The translations under genes and the position numbers were made by a program. DNA of 64,000 nt, from assembly GCA_039818205.1 (NCBI GenBank), contig JBCBUK010000007.1, positions 160,001 through 224,000 on the forward strand, written 5' to 3'. Below the pieces are notes generated by a model. That model was not told the DNA's origin, searched no databases, and saw nothing but the letters and a program-made list of their open reading frames with translations. This stretch comes from Verrucomicrobiota bacterium (lineage in GTDB: Bacteria > Verrucomicrobiota > Verrucomicrobiia > Opitutales > Cerasicoccaceae). Within the stretch, counting starts at the first letter, position 1. Each line of letters opens with the position of its first letter. Below are positions 33,219 through 44,401 of the stretch, piece by piece.

Positions 33219-33251
33219 ACCCTCCGCGAACCCCATTTCGCGACAGTTTGC

Positions 33252-33283
33252 AAACAGGCTACCCAGATCGGGTAGCCTGTTTT
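33252..33283 (+). terminator. Rho-independent terminator after pilC
   Basis: AAACAGGCTACCC-agatc-GGGTAGCCTGTTTT. Confidence 0.85.
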
Positions 33284-33524
33284 CGTTGGCACCCTAAGGC
33301 TATGATTGAACGCATCTTGGGTAAGCTTAGTGCTCATCCGCATCAGTTTGCGATAGAGCTCCTGGTTTCGTCCAAACCGACTCAAAAGGGCCGGTGAAAA
33401 AATGCCCTAATGTGCCAATCGGTTAAAGAACCCCCAATATAAGCGGGATTTGTACTCAAGTCTGAGCGATTGCAAAATGTAGAAGTAACTTGAATTCAAT
33501 AGATTATTAGTGCAGTTTCTCAAC

Positions 33525-34688
33525 ATGTCCCTGCCGAGTGAGGATATTGAGCCAGTAAAGCATGAACCCCATACTGAGCGAACCCTCGAGCAGACAATTA
33601 CCCTTGGTAAGTTGTCGCGCGGCATCGCTCATGACATTAACAACCTCGTCACGAGCATCCATGGAAACGCCCAGTTAGCCGAGCGAGGCATCGACAACAC
33701 CAAGGAAGTCCGACGTTCCTTGTGCAATATTAAGTTAGCCGCCCGCCACATCACGGACCTTACGGCGCAGATCCAAGCATTTAGCCGCACCAACCAACTT
33801 CCGACACGGAATTTCGATCTTACGAAAATCGTCCGTGAGATTGAGGTGCTCATTGGTTCGACCCTCTCTCCGAATGTTGAACTTGAGGCCAAGATCGAAG
33901 ACAGGCAGCTCGTTGTTCATGGAACTCCGAGTCAACTGAGCCAGGCTGTCATGAATCTGTGCACCAACGCGCTTCAGGCGATTGGTGCGCATGACAACGG
34001 CCGCCTTGGAGTCAGTCTGGAATCCGACGAGGAAAACGCGCGGTTGGTCATTGAGGACAACGGCCACGGAATCGAGGCCGACAAGCTCGATCATATTTTC
34101 GATCCATTTTTCACGACCAAACATTTTGGGCTCGGAAGCGGCCTTGGACTCGCCGTGGTTAAAGGGGTCATCGACGCCCACCAAGGTCGGATTCATGTCT
34201 ACAGTGATCCCGGCGAATACACCCGATTCCTGATCGAGCTACCGCTTTCCGACGCGGAACCAATTTTCGAGGAGCAACCCTCGGTCGAAGGTTATGCCGC
34301 CGTGAACACGGACCGCAACCGCACGGTTCTCCTCGTCGACGACGAGCCGACCATCCGCGGGTTGGGTGTGGATATCCTCCATTCGCTGGGCTACCGAGTG
34401 ACCGTCGCCTGCGACGGCAAGGAAGCTTTGGAAATTTTCAATCGGCGCCCGGAATATTTCGACATCATTCTGAGTGATTCTCGTATGCCCGAGATGACTG
34501 GGCTTGAGCTCGCAGCCGAAGTCCGCAAGGTGCGCCCCGAGATGCCGTTTATCCTGATCACGGCTTTTGACGATACGCGGGATAACCCAATTCTAGCGGA
34601 TCTCTCGATTACCAATATTTTGCCAAAGCCATTTCGCATCGAGCAGCTCCAAACTTGCTTACGACAGGCAAGTATCGGCCTCCACTAA
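33525..34688 (+). CDS. Hybrid histidine kinase/response regulator
   Basis: GIAHDINN, NLCTNA, DNGHG, PFFTTK and GSGLGL; receiver domain LLVDDE...SDSRMP...KPF. Confidence 0.93.
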   Translation: MSLPSEDIEPVKHEPHTERTLEQTITLGKLSRGIAHDINNLVTSIHGNAQLAERGIDNTKEVRRSLCNIKLAARHITDLTAQIQAFSRTNQLPTRNFDLTKIVREIEVLIGSTLSPNVELEAKIEDRQLVVHGTPSQLSQAVMNLCTNALQAIGAHDNGRLGVSLESDEENARLVIEDNGHGIEADKLDHIFDPFFTTKHFGLGSGLGLAVVKGVIDAHQGRIHVYSDPGEYTRFLIELPLSDAEPIFEEQPSVEGYAAVNTDRNRTVLLVDDEPTIRGLGVDILHSLGYRVTVACDGKEALEIFNRRPEYFDIILSDSRMPEMTGLELAAEVRKVRPEMPFILITAFDDTRDNPILADLSITNILPKPFRIEQLQTCLRQASIGLH

Positions 34689-34709
34689 TCCACACCGAAG
34701 GATGCGAGC

Positions 34710-35201
34710 CTACTGATCTGCTTGAGGTAACCGCGATTCCGTTTGATCGTTGCTACTGGCTGGACGTTCGGCAATTTGCACGCGTGTATACCCGGCCTCA
34801 CGCGCCAAGTCAGAGATATTTAAGAATGCCTGGAGAGAGATGCGTGCATCAGCTTTCAAGAGCAAGATCGCATTGTTTGCACGGCGCTCCTTGCTATCTT
34901 GCTTTGCTAAGATCGACGCCCACGTATCCGCACTCATGAATTGCCCTTGATAGATCAAGCGATCATCCTGAAGTAGCGTCAATACATCCGCCGTAGGAAC
35001 TCCCGCTAGTCGAGTCTGTGAAGACTGCGGTAGGGTAAGCTCCTCCAGTGCGACCGTACTGCCAGGTGCGAAGACGAAGCGAGAACCCAGCAACGTGAGC
35101 ATGAAGGCAATCAGCAAAATATCGAACAGTGCAGCGACGTCGGCTCCCGTCGGTGGAGTACGCAGTCGGCGCTGAAGTTCCAGTGGCTGAACGAGAGACA
35201 T
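34710..35201 (-). CDS. exbD: ExbD/TolR family protein
   Basis: A.LFDILLI TM segment, LP.S and LLKADA. Confidence 0.8.
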   Translation of the reverse strand: MSLVQPLELQRRLRTPPTGADVAALFDILLIAFMLTLLGSRFVFAPGSTVALEELTLPQSSQTRLAGVPTADVLTLLQDDRLIYQGQFMSADTWASILAKQDSKERRANNAILLLKADARISLQAFLNISDLAREAGYTRVQIAERPASSNDQTESRLPQADQ

Positions 35202-35206
35202 GACAA

Positions 35207-35923
35207 CTAAACAGCTTGTCCGGTGGGAGGTTCTTCGGTGGTGCTGTGTGGGCTCTCAATTCCTGTTTCGCTGGAAGAGCTATCATCGGCAGCCACCTCC
35301 TGAGGCAGATCGAGAATCAGAAACTGCATGATCTCATTGGCAACCCACTCCATGTCGTGGACAATTGCGCGGACCCGACCATATAGAAAGTGGTGGGCAA
35401 GGTACGCCATCACCGCGATAGACAGGCCAGTTGCCGTAGAGATTAAGGCCTGAGCAATCTCGCCGGAAAACAAAGACGCGTTGGCATATGGACCTTCTGC
35501 CTGCATGACCGCAAACGCACGCATCAGCGCAACTACGGTTCCGAGCAGACCAAGAATCGGCGAAACTTTGGCAATGGCAGCAATGGTGCCAATACGCCGC
35601 TCGAGTGCCGGAATCTGGATGATCGCTGCCTCCTGCACAGCAGACCGAATCTTCGTTTCGGGCTGGTCGAAGTTCATGAGCGCCGCCTTAACCACCGAGG
35701 CGGTTGGCCCCGGAGTTTCTTCGCATACGGTCAACGCCTCCAAGACTCGTTGTTTACGAACCAGATTTTTAATTCCGTCAACGAAGGCGATCACCGGGAT
35801 TTGCCCGCGGTGCAGATACAAAGCCCGCTCTACAAAAAAGACAAAACCAAGCAGGCTGAGTACGAGTAGCGGCCACATGATCGGGCCACCACGTTCGACA
35901 AGCGATAAATCCAAAAAATTCAT
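35207..35923 (-). CDS. exbB: MotA/TolQ/ExbB proton channel protein
   Basis: GGPIMWPL, PILGLLGTV and I.QALISTATGL. Confidence 0.88.
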   Translation of the reverse strand: MNFLDLSLVERGGPIMWPLLVLSLLGFVFFVERALYLHRGQIPVIAFVDGIKNLVRKQRVLEALTVCEETPGPTASVVKAALMNFDQPETKIRSAVQEAAIIQIPALERRIGTIAAIAKVSPILGLLGTVVALMRAFAVMQAEGPYANASLFSGEIAQALISTATGLSIAVMAYLAHHFLYGRVRAIVHDMEWVANEIMQFLILDLPQEVAADDSSSSETGIESPHSTTEEPPTGQAV

Positions 35924-36018
35924 TGAGCCAGGATGAGGCGCGGTGCACAACACCGCGCAAATTCATCCGTAAGCATCGATCTTCAATCCTCCGGCGTCAA
36001 TCCTCGGATTGGAGGCAT

Positions 36019-38847
36019 CTACTCTACTTTCGAAACATCGACAGCTGAGCTCGCGGGCTTGATTATGACAGGTAATCCAGGCCCTGAACCGAGATACTCT
36101 GTTGCCAAAGCATTGACTTCATCGAGCGATACCGTGCCGTAATCCGTCGCCAAGGTTCGTGCCCAATCCAGCTGCTGTGGAAAAGTCGACGACCCCGAAA
36201 GGACTCGGCCGAGCCAATAGCTGTTTTTGCGAACATACTCCTCCACGAATTTCTGGATCGGCAACACCGCACGATCGAGCTCATCCTGCGTAATGTTGCC
36301 CTCGCCGACTCCGATACCGAGGTTGCGAATGATTTCGGCTACCGATTCAACTTTCGCTGGATCGGCGAAGTTCAAGCCAAACATGTAACCGTAGCCGTCG
36401 AAGGTGTCACTGGATTCGTTTCTGGCATAAGGGCTGTAACCCTCACCAAGCTTTTCCCGTACTTCGAGGCGCAGACGGTCACGGAATATGCTAGCGAGAA
36501 CGTTTAGGCGACGAGTGCGCTCAATGTCCCAAAAGTCGGTAGTTGGCCAAAGGACCGCGGCCATCGCCCGCGGAATGTCCGACTCAAACGTAAAGAGTTG
36601 CTCCTCGGTCGTCGTGGGAAACTCAACGCCCTTCCGCTCTGCCTTGAACAAATCCGCTTTATCGGCCCGCTTAGGCAGGGCGCCCAAGGTATCCGCTACT
36701 ACGGTCTTAGCGGTCTCGTAATCAATCTCTCCAACGATCGAGATTTCCAGAAAGTCACTGGTCAACGGCTGTTTAAGCCAGCCTTTGAGCTTGGACATAT
36801 CTTGCGCGGAGAACTCTTCCTCGGTGGGGAAGCCAAAGCGGAAATTGTCACCAGCCAAGTAGCTGGCCACTCGGTAACCCCAAACGCCCTCAACGGTTTT
36901 TTCGACCTTGATCGCCATTTCTTCGTAGGACTTGGCGGCAAGGCGAGCTGCTTCTTCGCGATAGCCTGGAGCGGTCAAGTAAGCGGCCACGAGTTCCAGT
37001 TGGCGACGGAAGTCCTTCGGGGTCGTTCCACCGGACAAAGCAAAGTGATCCTCGGCAACACTAAAACCAACGCCCACACTTTGACCGGCAAGCACCCGCT
37101 CAAGCTCATCGATCGAGAGCGCTTCGAGTCCGCCGGCGGTGAAGGCCAGATTGGCAAACGTGGCCAAGCCCTTCTGGCTCGGATCCATCTGCAAGTTTCC
37201 GCCGCCAAAACGAACGTAAACCTGAATCGAATTTGCCTCAAAATCCGTCTGTTTGAAATTGAGATGCACATTGTTGGCAAATACAGCCTGCTTCACGCCG
37301 ATATCAGGCGCCTCAGTTTCGGAGACAACCACTCCGGCTTCACCGAAGTTGCTATAAGGCCATTCCAGCTCGGCCTCAGCAGTGGGCGGCTCGACGGCCA
37401 CGCCAGCACTCTTCTTGTAGACACCCGACAACGCGGCGTCCGGGTTATCTAACTCCAAGTTGCCGCTCACGAATACAAAACGACCGCCATCCTTCCAAAG
37501 ATTGCTCAAGGACCGTTGGGCGGTCACCGGCGAAAGTGTCGAAAGTGCTTCACGGGCTATTTCGAGATCGGCTTCGGGAGCGGTAAATACGAGCTTGTTG
37601 GACATGCTGTCGACAATGCCTGCCGACAAGTCTCGGGACTTCCGTGTCGGCGCCGCCTTCACGGCCTTCTCGTATTCATTGAGCATCTTCGCTTTCACCT
37701 CAGCAACTTCAGCATCCGTAAAACCGTGCTCAATGGCGCGGCGAAGCTCTTGCTCAATGACCGTTAGGGCCTCCTCCCATTGGTCGGGCTGGCAGTTGAC
37801 CTCGATTCCCCCGAGCTCAAAGAAATTCAAATAGTCAAAGAAGTATGCGCTCCCGGTTTTAAACGGAGCTTCCTCGGCCTTGGACAGTTTTTCGAGGCGG
37901 CGAGAGACCATCCGATTGGCCGCTGAAGTCATGATATCCCGCATGCGAACCACCTTTGAATCCGGCAATCCATGGTGTTCCTTTAAAGTCATTAAGGCGA
38001 CTTCGGTGGCCGGTGCTTCCGGTTCGGAATGCAAGCGGGTTGCCAGCTCCGGCTTGGCAATGGTTCCGAGATCGATTGTTGGCAGATCTTTGTCCACGAC
38101 GGGCAAATCGCCGAACATCTTCTCGATATCCTTCGCGGCGGTCTTCGGGTCGACATCCCCGACGATCACGACGGCCATATTGTCTGACCGATACCACGTC
38201 TTGTAAAAATCGACGAACTCATCGCGATCCGCATTCTCGATAACCTCTTCGATGCCGATTGGGAAACGCTCTGGCATGCGGGCTTCCGGAAACAAAAACT
38301 CCCAATAAGCAACAAAGGTGCGATAGCCGACGGAATCGCGGTCACGCTTCTCGCTAAGGATAACCCCGCGCTCCTTTTCGATCTCTTCCTCACGGAGAAG
38401 CAGACCGCCCGCATAATCGCGGAGAACCTGAAGGCCCTCATCGATCATCTCGGCACTATTTTCAGGAAGCTCCAACTTGTAAACGGTTTCATCAAAGCTT
38501 GTATGCGCGTTGGTATCCGCCCCGAAGCTCATTCCCAGGCGCTGAAGGAATTCAATCAACTCGCCTGGCGGATAATTCTCCGAACCGTTGAATGCCATGT
38601 GCTCCAGGAAGTGCGCCAGGCCACGCTGAGCTTCCGTTTCCTGTAGCGAACCCGCCCGGACCAATAAACGAAGGCTTACCCGACCGGGTGGCTCGTTGTT
38701 GGGCATGATCGCCCACTCGAGGCCATTGTCCAACTGACCAGTAACAACATTGGGATCGGTGGGGAGACTACCGGGCTGCGCGGGTTTCTCCGCGTTAAGT
38801 GATAACATCGTTGCGACAAGGGCGGCCGCAACCGAGAAAATCTTCAT
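36019..38847 (-). CDS. M16 family zinc protease (PqqL-like)
   Basis: Signal peptide, HFLEH motif and NAHTSFDETVY. Confidence 0.93.
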   Translation of the reverse strand: MKIFSVAAALVATMLSLNAEKPAQPGSLPTDPNVVTGQLDNGLEWAIMPNNEPPGRVSLRLLVRAGSLQETEAQRGLAHFLEHMAFNGSENYPPGELIEFLQRLGMSFGADTNAHTSFDETVYKLELPENSAEMIDEGLQVLRDYAGGLLLREEEIEKERGVILSEKRDRDSVGYRTFVAYWEFLFPEARMPERFPIGIEEVIENADRDEFVDFYKTWYRSDNMAVVIVGDVDPKTAAKDIEKMFGDLPVVDKDLPTIDLGTIAKPELATRLHSEPEAPATEVALMTLKEHHGLPDSKVVRMRDIMTSAANRMVSRRLEKLSKAEEAPFKTGSAYFFDYLNFFELGGIEVNCQPDQWEEALTVIEQELRRAIEHGFTDAEVAEVKAKMLNEYEKAVKAAPTRKSRDLSAGIVDSMSNKLVFTAPEADLEIAREALSTLSPVTAQRSLSNLWKDGGRFVFVSGNLELDNPDAALSGVYKKSAGVAVEPPTAEAELEWPYSNFGEAGVVVSETEAPDIGVKQAVFANNVHLNFKQTDFEANSIQVYVRFGGGNLQMDPSQKGLATFANLAFTAGGLEALSIDELERVLAGQSVGVGFSVAEDHFALSGGTTPKDFRRQLELVAAYLTAPGYREEAARLAAKSYEEMAIKVEKTVEGVWGYRVASYLAGDNFRFGFPTEEEFSAQDMSKLKGWLKQPLTSDFLEISIVGEIDYETAKTVVADTLGALPKRADKADLFKAERKGVEFPTTTEEQLFTFESDIPRAMAAVLWPTTDFWDIERTRRLNVLASIFRDRLRLEVREKLGEGYSPYARNESSDTFDGYGYMFGLNFADPAKVESVAEIIRNLGIGVGEGNITQDELDRAVLPIQKFVEEYVRKNSYWLGRVLSGSSTFPQQLDWARTLATDYGTVSLDEVNALATEYLGSGPGLPVIIKPASSAVDVSKVE

Positions 38848-38965
38848 TGAGCGGGAAAACATAATGACCATAAACAATTGGGAGGTTTGGTTTGCGTGCA
38901 AGCGCCAAGGCGAAAGTTATTGTTTTGTTTGACGCCCAGCGCGTTATGAAGTTCCACCAATCGTC

Positions 38966-40261
38966 ATGATCATCTTCTACCGTATATTATTCCCGTTTCT
39001 TTTGCTGGCGGGCTTGCCCTACTACGGGTTGCGGATGATCAAGCGGGGCGGCTACAGCCGAGATTGGCATCACCGTTTTGGGCAAATCGGGCCCCTGCCC
39101 GCCAAACGCGCCGGCGTGAAGCGGGTATGGGTCCAGGCTGTCAGTGTGGGTGAAATTCGGGCGCTTCAACCAATCATGGAAGACCTGATTGCCCGCTCTG
39201 ACATTGAAGTCGTGCTCACGACCACAACAAGCACCGGTTACCTGCTTGTCCAAGAGCACTATACCGAAAAATGCCTCAAGACTGGCATTTTCCCGCTCGA
39301 TTGGGCCCCGTTTTGCGCCCAAACCTGGGATCGCATTGAGCCCGATATTTCACTACTCATGGAGGGCGACCTCTGGCCCGAACATTTACACCAAGCGAAA
39401 AAACGCAATGTGCCGGCGCTGCTGATCAATGGCCGCATGTCCAATCGTTCGTTTGGACGCTATCAAAAAATTTCCCGTCTGTCACACTGGCTCTTTGGAA
39501 AAATCAGCCACGTTTATGCCGCCTCCAACCGAGATGCACAACGATTTGCTGAACTTGGAATCCCCAAGGATCGGCTGCTGACGACCGGCAATGTGAAATT
39601 CGATGTGCGGGTAGAGCCGATTCTTGGCAGCGCAGAACGCCAGAATCTCCGCCGCGAAATGGGTTTCGACGACGCATCCCTGGTCATCATGGGCTCCTCA
39701 ACCTGGCCAGGGGAAGAGGCATTCCTCCTCAAGGTTTTGGCTGACGCTAAAAAACAGAACCTCGATGCGCGGCTCATCCTTACCCCGCGACACGCCGAAC
39801 GTCGGAAGGAAATCCGCAAGGAACTCGAGAAGCATCCAGTTGAGTTCGCTTTTCGCACCAAACAACCAAGATCTGATCGACCGTTGGATGTCTACGTGGG
39901 CGATACCACTGGAGAACTGGCGATGCTAACCCAGGCCGCCGATGTGGTTTTTGTGGGCAAAAGCCTGCCACCCCACAATGAGGGTCAAACCCCTATTGAG
40001 GCTGCTGCTTTGGGTATGCCGATTGTGTATGGTCCGGGCATGGCCAACTTCCATCAGGTATGCCAATCATTGGAGTCTGCACACGCTGCTTGGCGGGCCC
40101 TTGATGAAGCCGATGCCCGCAAAAAATTGATCCAGCTTCTCACCGACCATCAAGCGAGGAACTCACTGGCTCAGGCAGCCCACAGCTGGCACGCCCAAAA
40201 CCGGGGAGCCGCCGACCGAATCCTCCAATCCATGACCGAGCATTTTCTAAGTCCAGAATAG
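38966..40261 (+). CDS. waaA: Kdo transferase
   Basis: W..AVSVGE, TTTTSTG, NGRMS, GNVKFD, PRH.ER and DTTGEL. Confidence 0.93.
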   Translation: MIIFYRILFPFLLLAGLPYYGLRMIKRGGYSRDWHHRFGQIGPLPAKRAGVKRVWVQAVSVGEIRALQPIMEDLIARSDIEVVLTTTTSTGYLLVQEHYTEKCLKTGIFPLDWAPFCAQTWDRIEPDISLLMEGDLWPEHLHQAKKRNVPALLINGRMSNRSFGRYQKISRLSHWLFGKISHVYAASNRDAQRFAELGIPKDRLLTTGNVKFDVRVEPILGSAERQNLRREMGFDDASLVIMGSSTWPGEEAFLLKVLADAKKQNLDARLILTPRHAERRKEIRKELEKHPVEFAFRTKQPRSDRPLDVYVGDTTGELAMLTQAADVVFVGKSLPPHNEGQTPIEAAALGMPIVYGPGMANFHQVCQSLESAHAAWRALDEADARKKLIQLLTDHQARNSLAQAAHSWHAQNRGAADRILQSMTEHFLSPE

Positions 40262-40387
40262 CGATTGATCGCCTCGAACCGCGCTCTGCTAAGGCAGTTC
40301 ACAAAAAATTAGCTAATCGGATTTTACTTGAATGATGAAAAAGACTGATATCTAATCATCATTAGTTTTCACCCTCCTAACCTCGAG

Positions 40388-40591
40388 ATGTCCTACGTCA
40401 GAAGACGTCAAAGCCTGCACTATTACATCATCGGCCACCGCGTCCGGAAGGATTCGTTTTGGCGGGTAGTGACCTGCTTTACATTATTTTTGCTTGCAGT
40501 CTTAATAGGTGCGGGTTGGACTGTGTATCTTAAAGACCAGAACATCAATCAGGCGGCTTCTCGGTTGCTAGAGCAGACATTTAAGAAATAA
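40388..40591 (+). CDS. Small membrane protein
   Basis: 67 aa with one TM segment, followed by a terminator. Confidence 0.5.
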   Translation: MSYVRRRQSLHYYIIGHRVRKDSFWRVVTCFTLFLLAVLIGAGWTVYLKDQNINQAASRLLEQTFKK

Positions 40592-40630
40592 ACCTCATCT
40601 AGATTTTTTCTCCCAACACCCTCCCCATCA

Positions 40631-40670
40631 AGAAGGCCGTGCTCGCCCCCCGAGTGCGGCCTTCTCTTTT
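40631..40670. terminator. Terminator hairpin
   Basis: AGAAGGCCG.GCTCG-loop-CGAGT.CGGCCTTCT followed by T's. Confidence 0.7.
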
Positions 40671-40690
40671 CGAGAAGCCTTGGGGACGAA

Positions 40691-41488
40691 TTAGACGAGA
40701 CCGCTGATTAGGGAATCGGCCTTCGAACGCAATGCCTTTACGGCAATGTCCGCATCGGAATCGCTCGCGAGACTGTTGACCAATGCACTTCCGACCACGA
40801 CGCCGTCCGCTGCCTGACCAACCGCCCGAACATGCTCGGGACGGGACACCCCAAAACCAACCACAACCGGCAAATCGGTTTGAGCCTTGATCGAGGCCAC
40901 GGCATCGGAAAGCCCATCCGGGAGTTCTGCTCGCTCGCCAGTCACACCGGTGCGCGATACATAGTAAATGAATCCGCTAGTTGCATCACCAATAATCGGC
41001 ACCCGTTCGGGTGGGGTCGTCGGCGCAACAATGAAAACGGTTTTCAGTCCAAGCTGATCGCAAACATCCATCCACGTTTTGGCTTCCTCCGGGGGCAAAT
41101 CGAGGGTCAAACAACCATCGACTCCGGCCTCAACGGCCCGCTGCGCGTAGGTCATTTCTCCAGGCGCGAAGACTAAATTATAATAGGTGTAGAGAACGAT
41201 GGGCACTTCACTGAATTCACGGATCGCTTTGACCAGATCAAAGACTCGATCCTGGGTCATTCCCCCATCCAAGGCGCGCTGGGCTGCGAGTTGGTTCGGG
41301 AGACCATCAGCGAGCGGGTCAGAAAACGGTGCACCGAGCTCAAGGATATCCACCCCAGCTTCGATCAGTTCGCGGCAGGCGGCCAACGAGGTTTCGAAAC
41401 TCGGATCGCCCGCGCAAAGATAGGCAACGAATAGCGGTTTATCTTCTTTCTGTCCTTTGGCAAATGCCTCAGTTATGCGATCGCTCAT
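40691..41488 (-). CDS. trpA: Tryptophan synthase alpha chain
   Basis: ELGAPFSDPLADG, DLPPEE, SRTGVTG and VGFG. Confidence 0.97.
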   Translation of the reverse strand: MSDRITEAFAKGQKEDKPLFVAYLCAGDPSFETSLAACRELIEAGVDILELGAPFSDPLADGLPNQLAAQRALDGGMTQDRVFDLVKAIREFSEVPIVLYTYYNLVFAPGEMTYAQRAVEAGVDGCLTLDLPPEEAKTWMDVCDQLGLKTVFIVAPTTPPERVPIIGDATSGFIYYVSRTGVTGERAELPDGLSDAVASIKAQTDLPVVVGFGVSRPEHVRAVGQAADGVVVGSALVNSLASDSDADIAVKALRSKADSLISGLV

Positions 41489-41642
41489 GAAATATCGGAG
41501 GTTTGGAGAAAAGAAAAAGACTGAGATTCGACAGCGAAGTGACAATTGTTTTTTCAACTTGGGTGAAATTTGACCCAAAATAGGGATAATAGGTCCTTAT
41601 CGCTTGCGCCCTGCTGCTCGCTGGCGCTAGATGTTTTCCGCC

Positions 41643-43223
41643 ATGTCTTGGGAAAAATTTAAAAAACACTACTTATACGTCGACCACCTCGAGTTCGCGC
41701 TGGACATCAGCCGCATGAACTTCTCGGAGGACTACCTGGATTCCATGAAGCCGAAGATCGATCAGGCGATCTCGGACATGGAAACCCTAGAAAGTGGAGC
41801 GATTGCTAACCCAGACGAAAATCGGATGGTTGGCCACTACTGGCTACGGGATGCCAGTTTAGCACCGAGTTCGGAACTCACTTCCGCAATCAACGATTGT
41901 GTCGAAGACATCAAGGCGTTTGCCGCCAAAGTTCACTCCGGCGAATTCGTTGGCAAAAACGGCAAATTCGAACACCTGCTCTGCATCGGTATCGGTGGCT
42001 CGGCGCTCGGTCCGGAATTCGTCCACCAGGCACTCGGCAATCCTGCCATTGATCCGCTCAGCATTCACTTTTTCGACAACACCGACCCCGATGGCATGGA
42101 TAAGGTCCTTGCCGTATTGGAGGGCAAGCTCGGTAAGACTTTGGCGGTTGTCACTTCAAAGAGCGGTGGCACGCCTGAGACCCGCAATGGCATGGTCGAG
42201 GCCGAGAATGCCTGGAAGAACGCCAGCCTCGACTTCGGAGCCCACGCGGTCGCCATCACCGGCGAAGGATCTAAGCTCGATCAACACGCAATTGGAAACA
42301 ACTGGATCAAGCGCTTCCCCATGTGGGACTGGGTGGGCGGCCGCACGTCGGAACTCGCCGCAGTCGGCTTAGTTCCCGCCGCGCTATCGGGATATGACGT
42401 TGACGCGATGCTACTCGGGGCGCGCGAGATGGACGTCGTCACCCGTCGCAAGGAATTTCACAAAAATCCCGCCGCCCTTCTCAGCCTAATGTGGTTCTAC
42501 GCCACCGAAGGTGCTGGCAAGAAGGACATGGTCATCCTCCCCTACAAGGACCGCTTGGAGCTCTTTTCGCGCTACCTGCAGCAGCTGGTCATGGAATCTC
42601 TGGGTAAGGAACTCGACCTGGACGGCAACACCGTTCACCAAGGCATTGCCGTTTACGGTAATAAAGGATCAACCGACCAACACGCGTATGTCCAACAGCT
42701 GCGCGACGGCGTTCTCAACTTCTTCGCAACCTTCATCGAAGTCCACCAAGACCGCAAAGGAGACTCTCCCCTGGTTGAAGATGAGTTCACGGCCGGCGAT
42801 TTCTTGCAGGGTCTCTATTTAGGCACCCGCGATGCTCTTTACGAGAAGGGCAGAGAGTCGATTACGATCTCTGTGAATGACGTCACCGCCCATTCCGTGG
42901 GGATGCTGATCGCTTTATATGAACGCGCGGTTGGTCTATACGGATCATTGGTGAACATTAATGCCTATCACCAACCAGGCGTTGAGGCAGGCAAAAAAGC
43001 CGCCGCAGGAACCCTTGAAATCCGCCAAAAAGTCGTTCATGCTTTAGCAGCAAAACCGGGCGAAACCTTTACCGCAGAACAACTTGCTGCAGAATTAGGC
43101 CTTGAAACCCAAACCGAACTCATTTTTAAGTTGCTAGAACACATGGCTGCCAATCAGAATCGTTCAATTAGAAAGCTTTCCGGCGACCCGTTCTACGAAA
43201 CAAAATACACCTTGGAGAAATAA
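41643..43223 (+). CDS. pgi: Glucose-6-phosphate isomerase
   Basis: [32 protein letters not shown] and QPGVEAGK. Confidence 0.97.
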   Translation: MSWEKFKKHYLYVDHLEFALDISRMNFSEDYLDSMKPKIDQAISDMETLESGAIANPDENRMVGHYWLRDASLAPSSELTSAINDCVEDIKAFAAKVHSGEFVGKNGKFEHLLCIGIGGSALGPEFVHQALGNPAIDPLSIHFFDNTDPDGMDKVLAVLEGKLGKTLAVVTSKSGGTPETRNGMVEAENAWKNASLDFGAHAVAITGEGSKLDQHAIGNNWIKRFPMWDWVGGRTSELAAVGLVPAALSGYDVDAMLLGAREMDVVTRRKEFHKNPAALLSLMWFYATEGAGKKDMVILPYKDRLELFSRYLQQLVMESLGKELDLDGNTVHQGIAVYGNKGSTDQHAYVQQLRDGVLNFFATFIEVHQDRKGDSPLVEDEFTAGDFLQGLYLGTRDALYEKGRESITISVNDVTAHSVGMLIALYERAVGLYGSLVNINAYHQPGVEAGKKAAAGTLEIRQKVVHALAAKPGETFTAEQLAAELGLETQTELIFKLLEHMAANQNRSIRKLSGDPFYETKYTLEK

Positions 43224-43271
43224 TTTATCTCCGCCCCGTCCCCTGAAAAACAATCTCTCTTCACAAATACT

Positions 43272-44102
43272 ATGAAAGGTCTGTCAATCGCGCTTCGAAT
43301 CCTGGCCATCCTTGGTGCCATCGCTGCAGTCGTAGCTTGGCTACTCACTAACGGCAAAGTCGAAGAAATCACCGCTCAGAAAAATTCGGAGACTAATCGA
43401 GCAAATGTCTCCGCATCTCAGGTTGAGACCCTTGAGTCTGACATTCTGAGCATCCGGTCCGAAAATACCCAGCTTTCCAGCGACAACGCCGACCTCGATT
43501 CGCGAGTTAAAACGCTTCAGAGCGGTGCTTCGCGGGACAAACGCGAGATTTCGAACATCCGCAAGGACATGAAGTCCTTACAAGCCGAATACAACGAGCT
43601 GACCAGCGACTATGACGACTTGAAGAAGGAAGTTCAAATTACTGCTAACTCGCGCGACGGTGCGACCTCAATGGTTGATTCGGCTCAGATTCAAGAATAC
43701 GAAGACCGCATCCAAGCATTGAACGACGAATTGGACGGTGTGAAGGACAAGTTGGTGGTTGCAGAACGCCGTGCGCTTAATGCAACCGGTGGGCTCATTG
43801 CACCTGCTGGGGACACAACTGGCGGCGGTAGCGCTGCACCCGGTTCAGTTCCTCAGGTTGCCGTTCCAACCAAAACAGCTTCCATCCTTCGCTCCGACCT
43901 TGATCGTGGCATCCTGATCATCAGCCGTGGCCAGGTCGACGGCCTGCAAAAGCAGATGGAATTTAGTGTCGCTAAGGGCCTAAGCCGCAAAGTTCGCGTT
44001 AAAGTGGGCTCGGTTGCTCCGACCTACAGCGTCGCTTACGTGCTTCCCGGCGAAGATCCAAGTCACCTGCAAGAAGGTGATGAGGTGAAAATCACTCAAT
44101 AA
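43272..44102 (+). CDS. Membrane-anchored coiled-coil protein
   Basis: N-terminal TM segment, a long heptad region and a small C-terminal beta domain. Confidence 0.7.
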   Translation: MKGLSIALRILAILGAIAAVVAWLLTNGKVEEITAQKNSETNRANVSASQVETLESDILSIRSENTQLSSDNADLDSRVKTLQSGASRDKREISNIRKDMKSLQAEYNELTSDYDDLKKEVQITANSRDGATSMVDSAQIQEYEDRIQALNDELDGVKDKLVVAERRALNATGGLIAPAGDTTGGGSAAPGSVPQVAVPTKTASILRSDLDRGILIISRGQVDGLQKQMEFSVAKGLSRKVRVKVGSVAPTYSVAYVLPGEDPSHLQEGDEVKITQ

Positions 44103-44151
44103 GCCCTCGCGGCTTGCGATTCGCCCTATTTCAGTCATTGATAGGATTTCA

Positions 44152-44352
44152 ATGATGGATAAGAACAAACGTATCGTGCGCCTACTTGTATTAGGTGCGG
44201 TGGCAATGATTGGTGGCCTTTTCACATCCGGTTGTGAATCTGCCGATCCACATGAAAGTGGTCTTCCATGGGCTCGACCCGCCCAGTGGGAAGGTGGCGC
44301 ACCCGGATTGGGTGGCGGCGGTGGCCTGAATCAGGGCCGCACCGGCTACTAA
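44152..44352 (+). CDS. Small lipoprotein
   Basis: Signal ending TSGC, followed by LPWARPAQWEG. Confidence 0.65.
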   Translation: MMDKNKRIVRLLVLGAVAMIGGLFTSGCESADPHESGLPWARPAQWEGGAPGLGGGGGLNQGRTGY

Positions 44353-44401
44353 TCGAAAACATACCGTTGATTGCCCGCCCGTCGGTGGAAATGATGACTC
44401 C

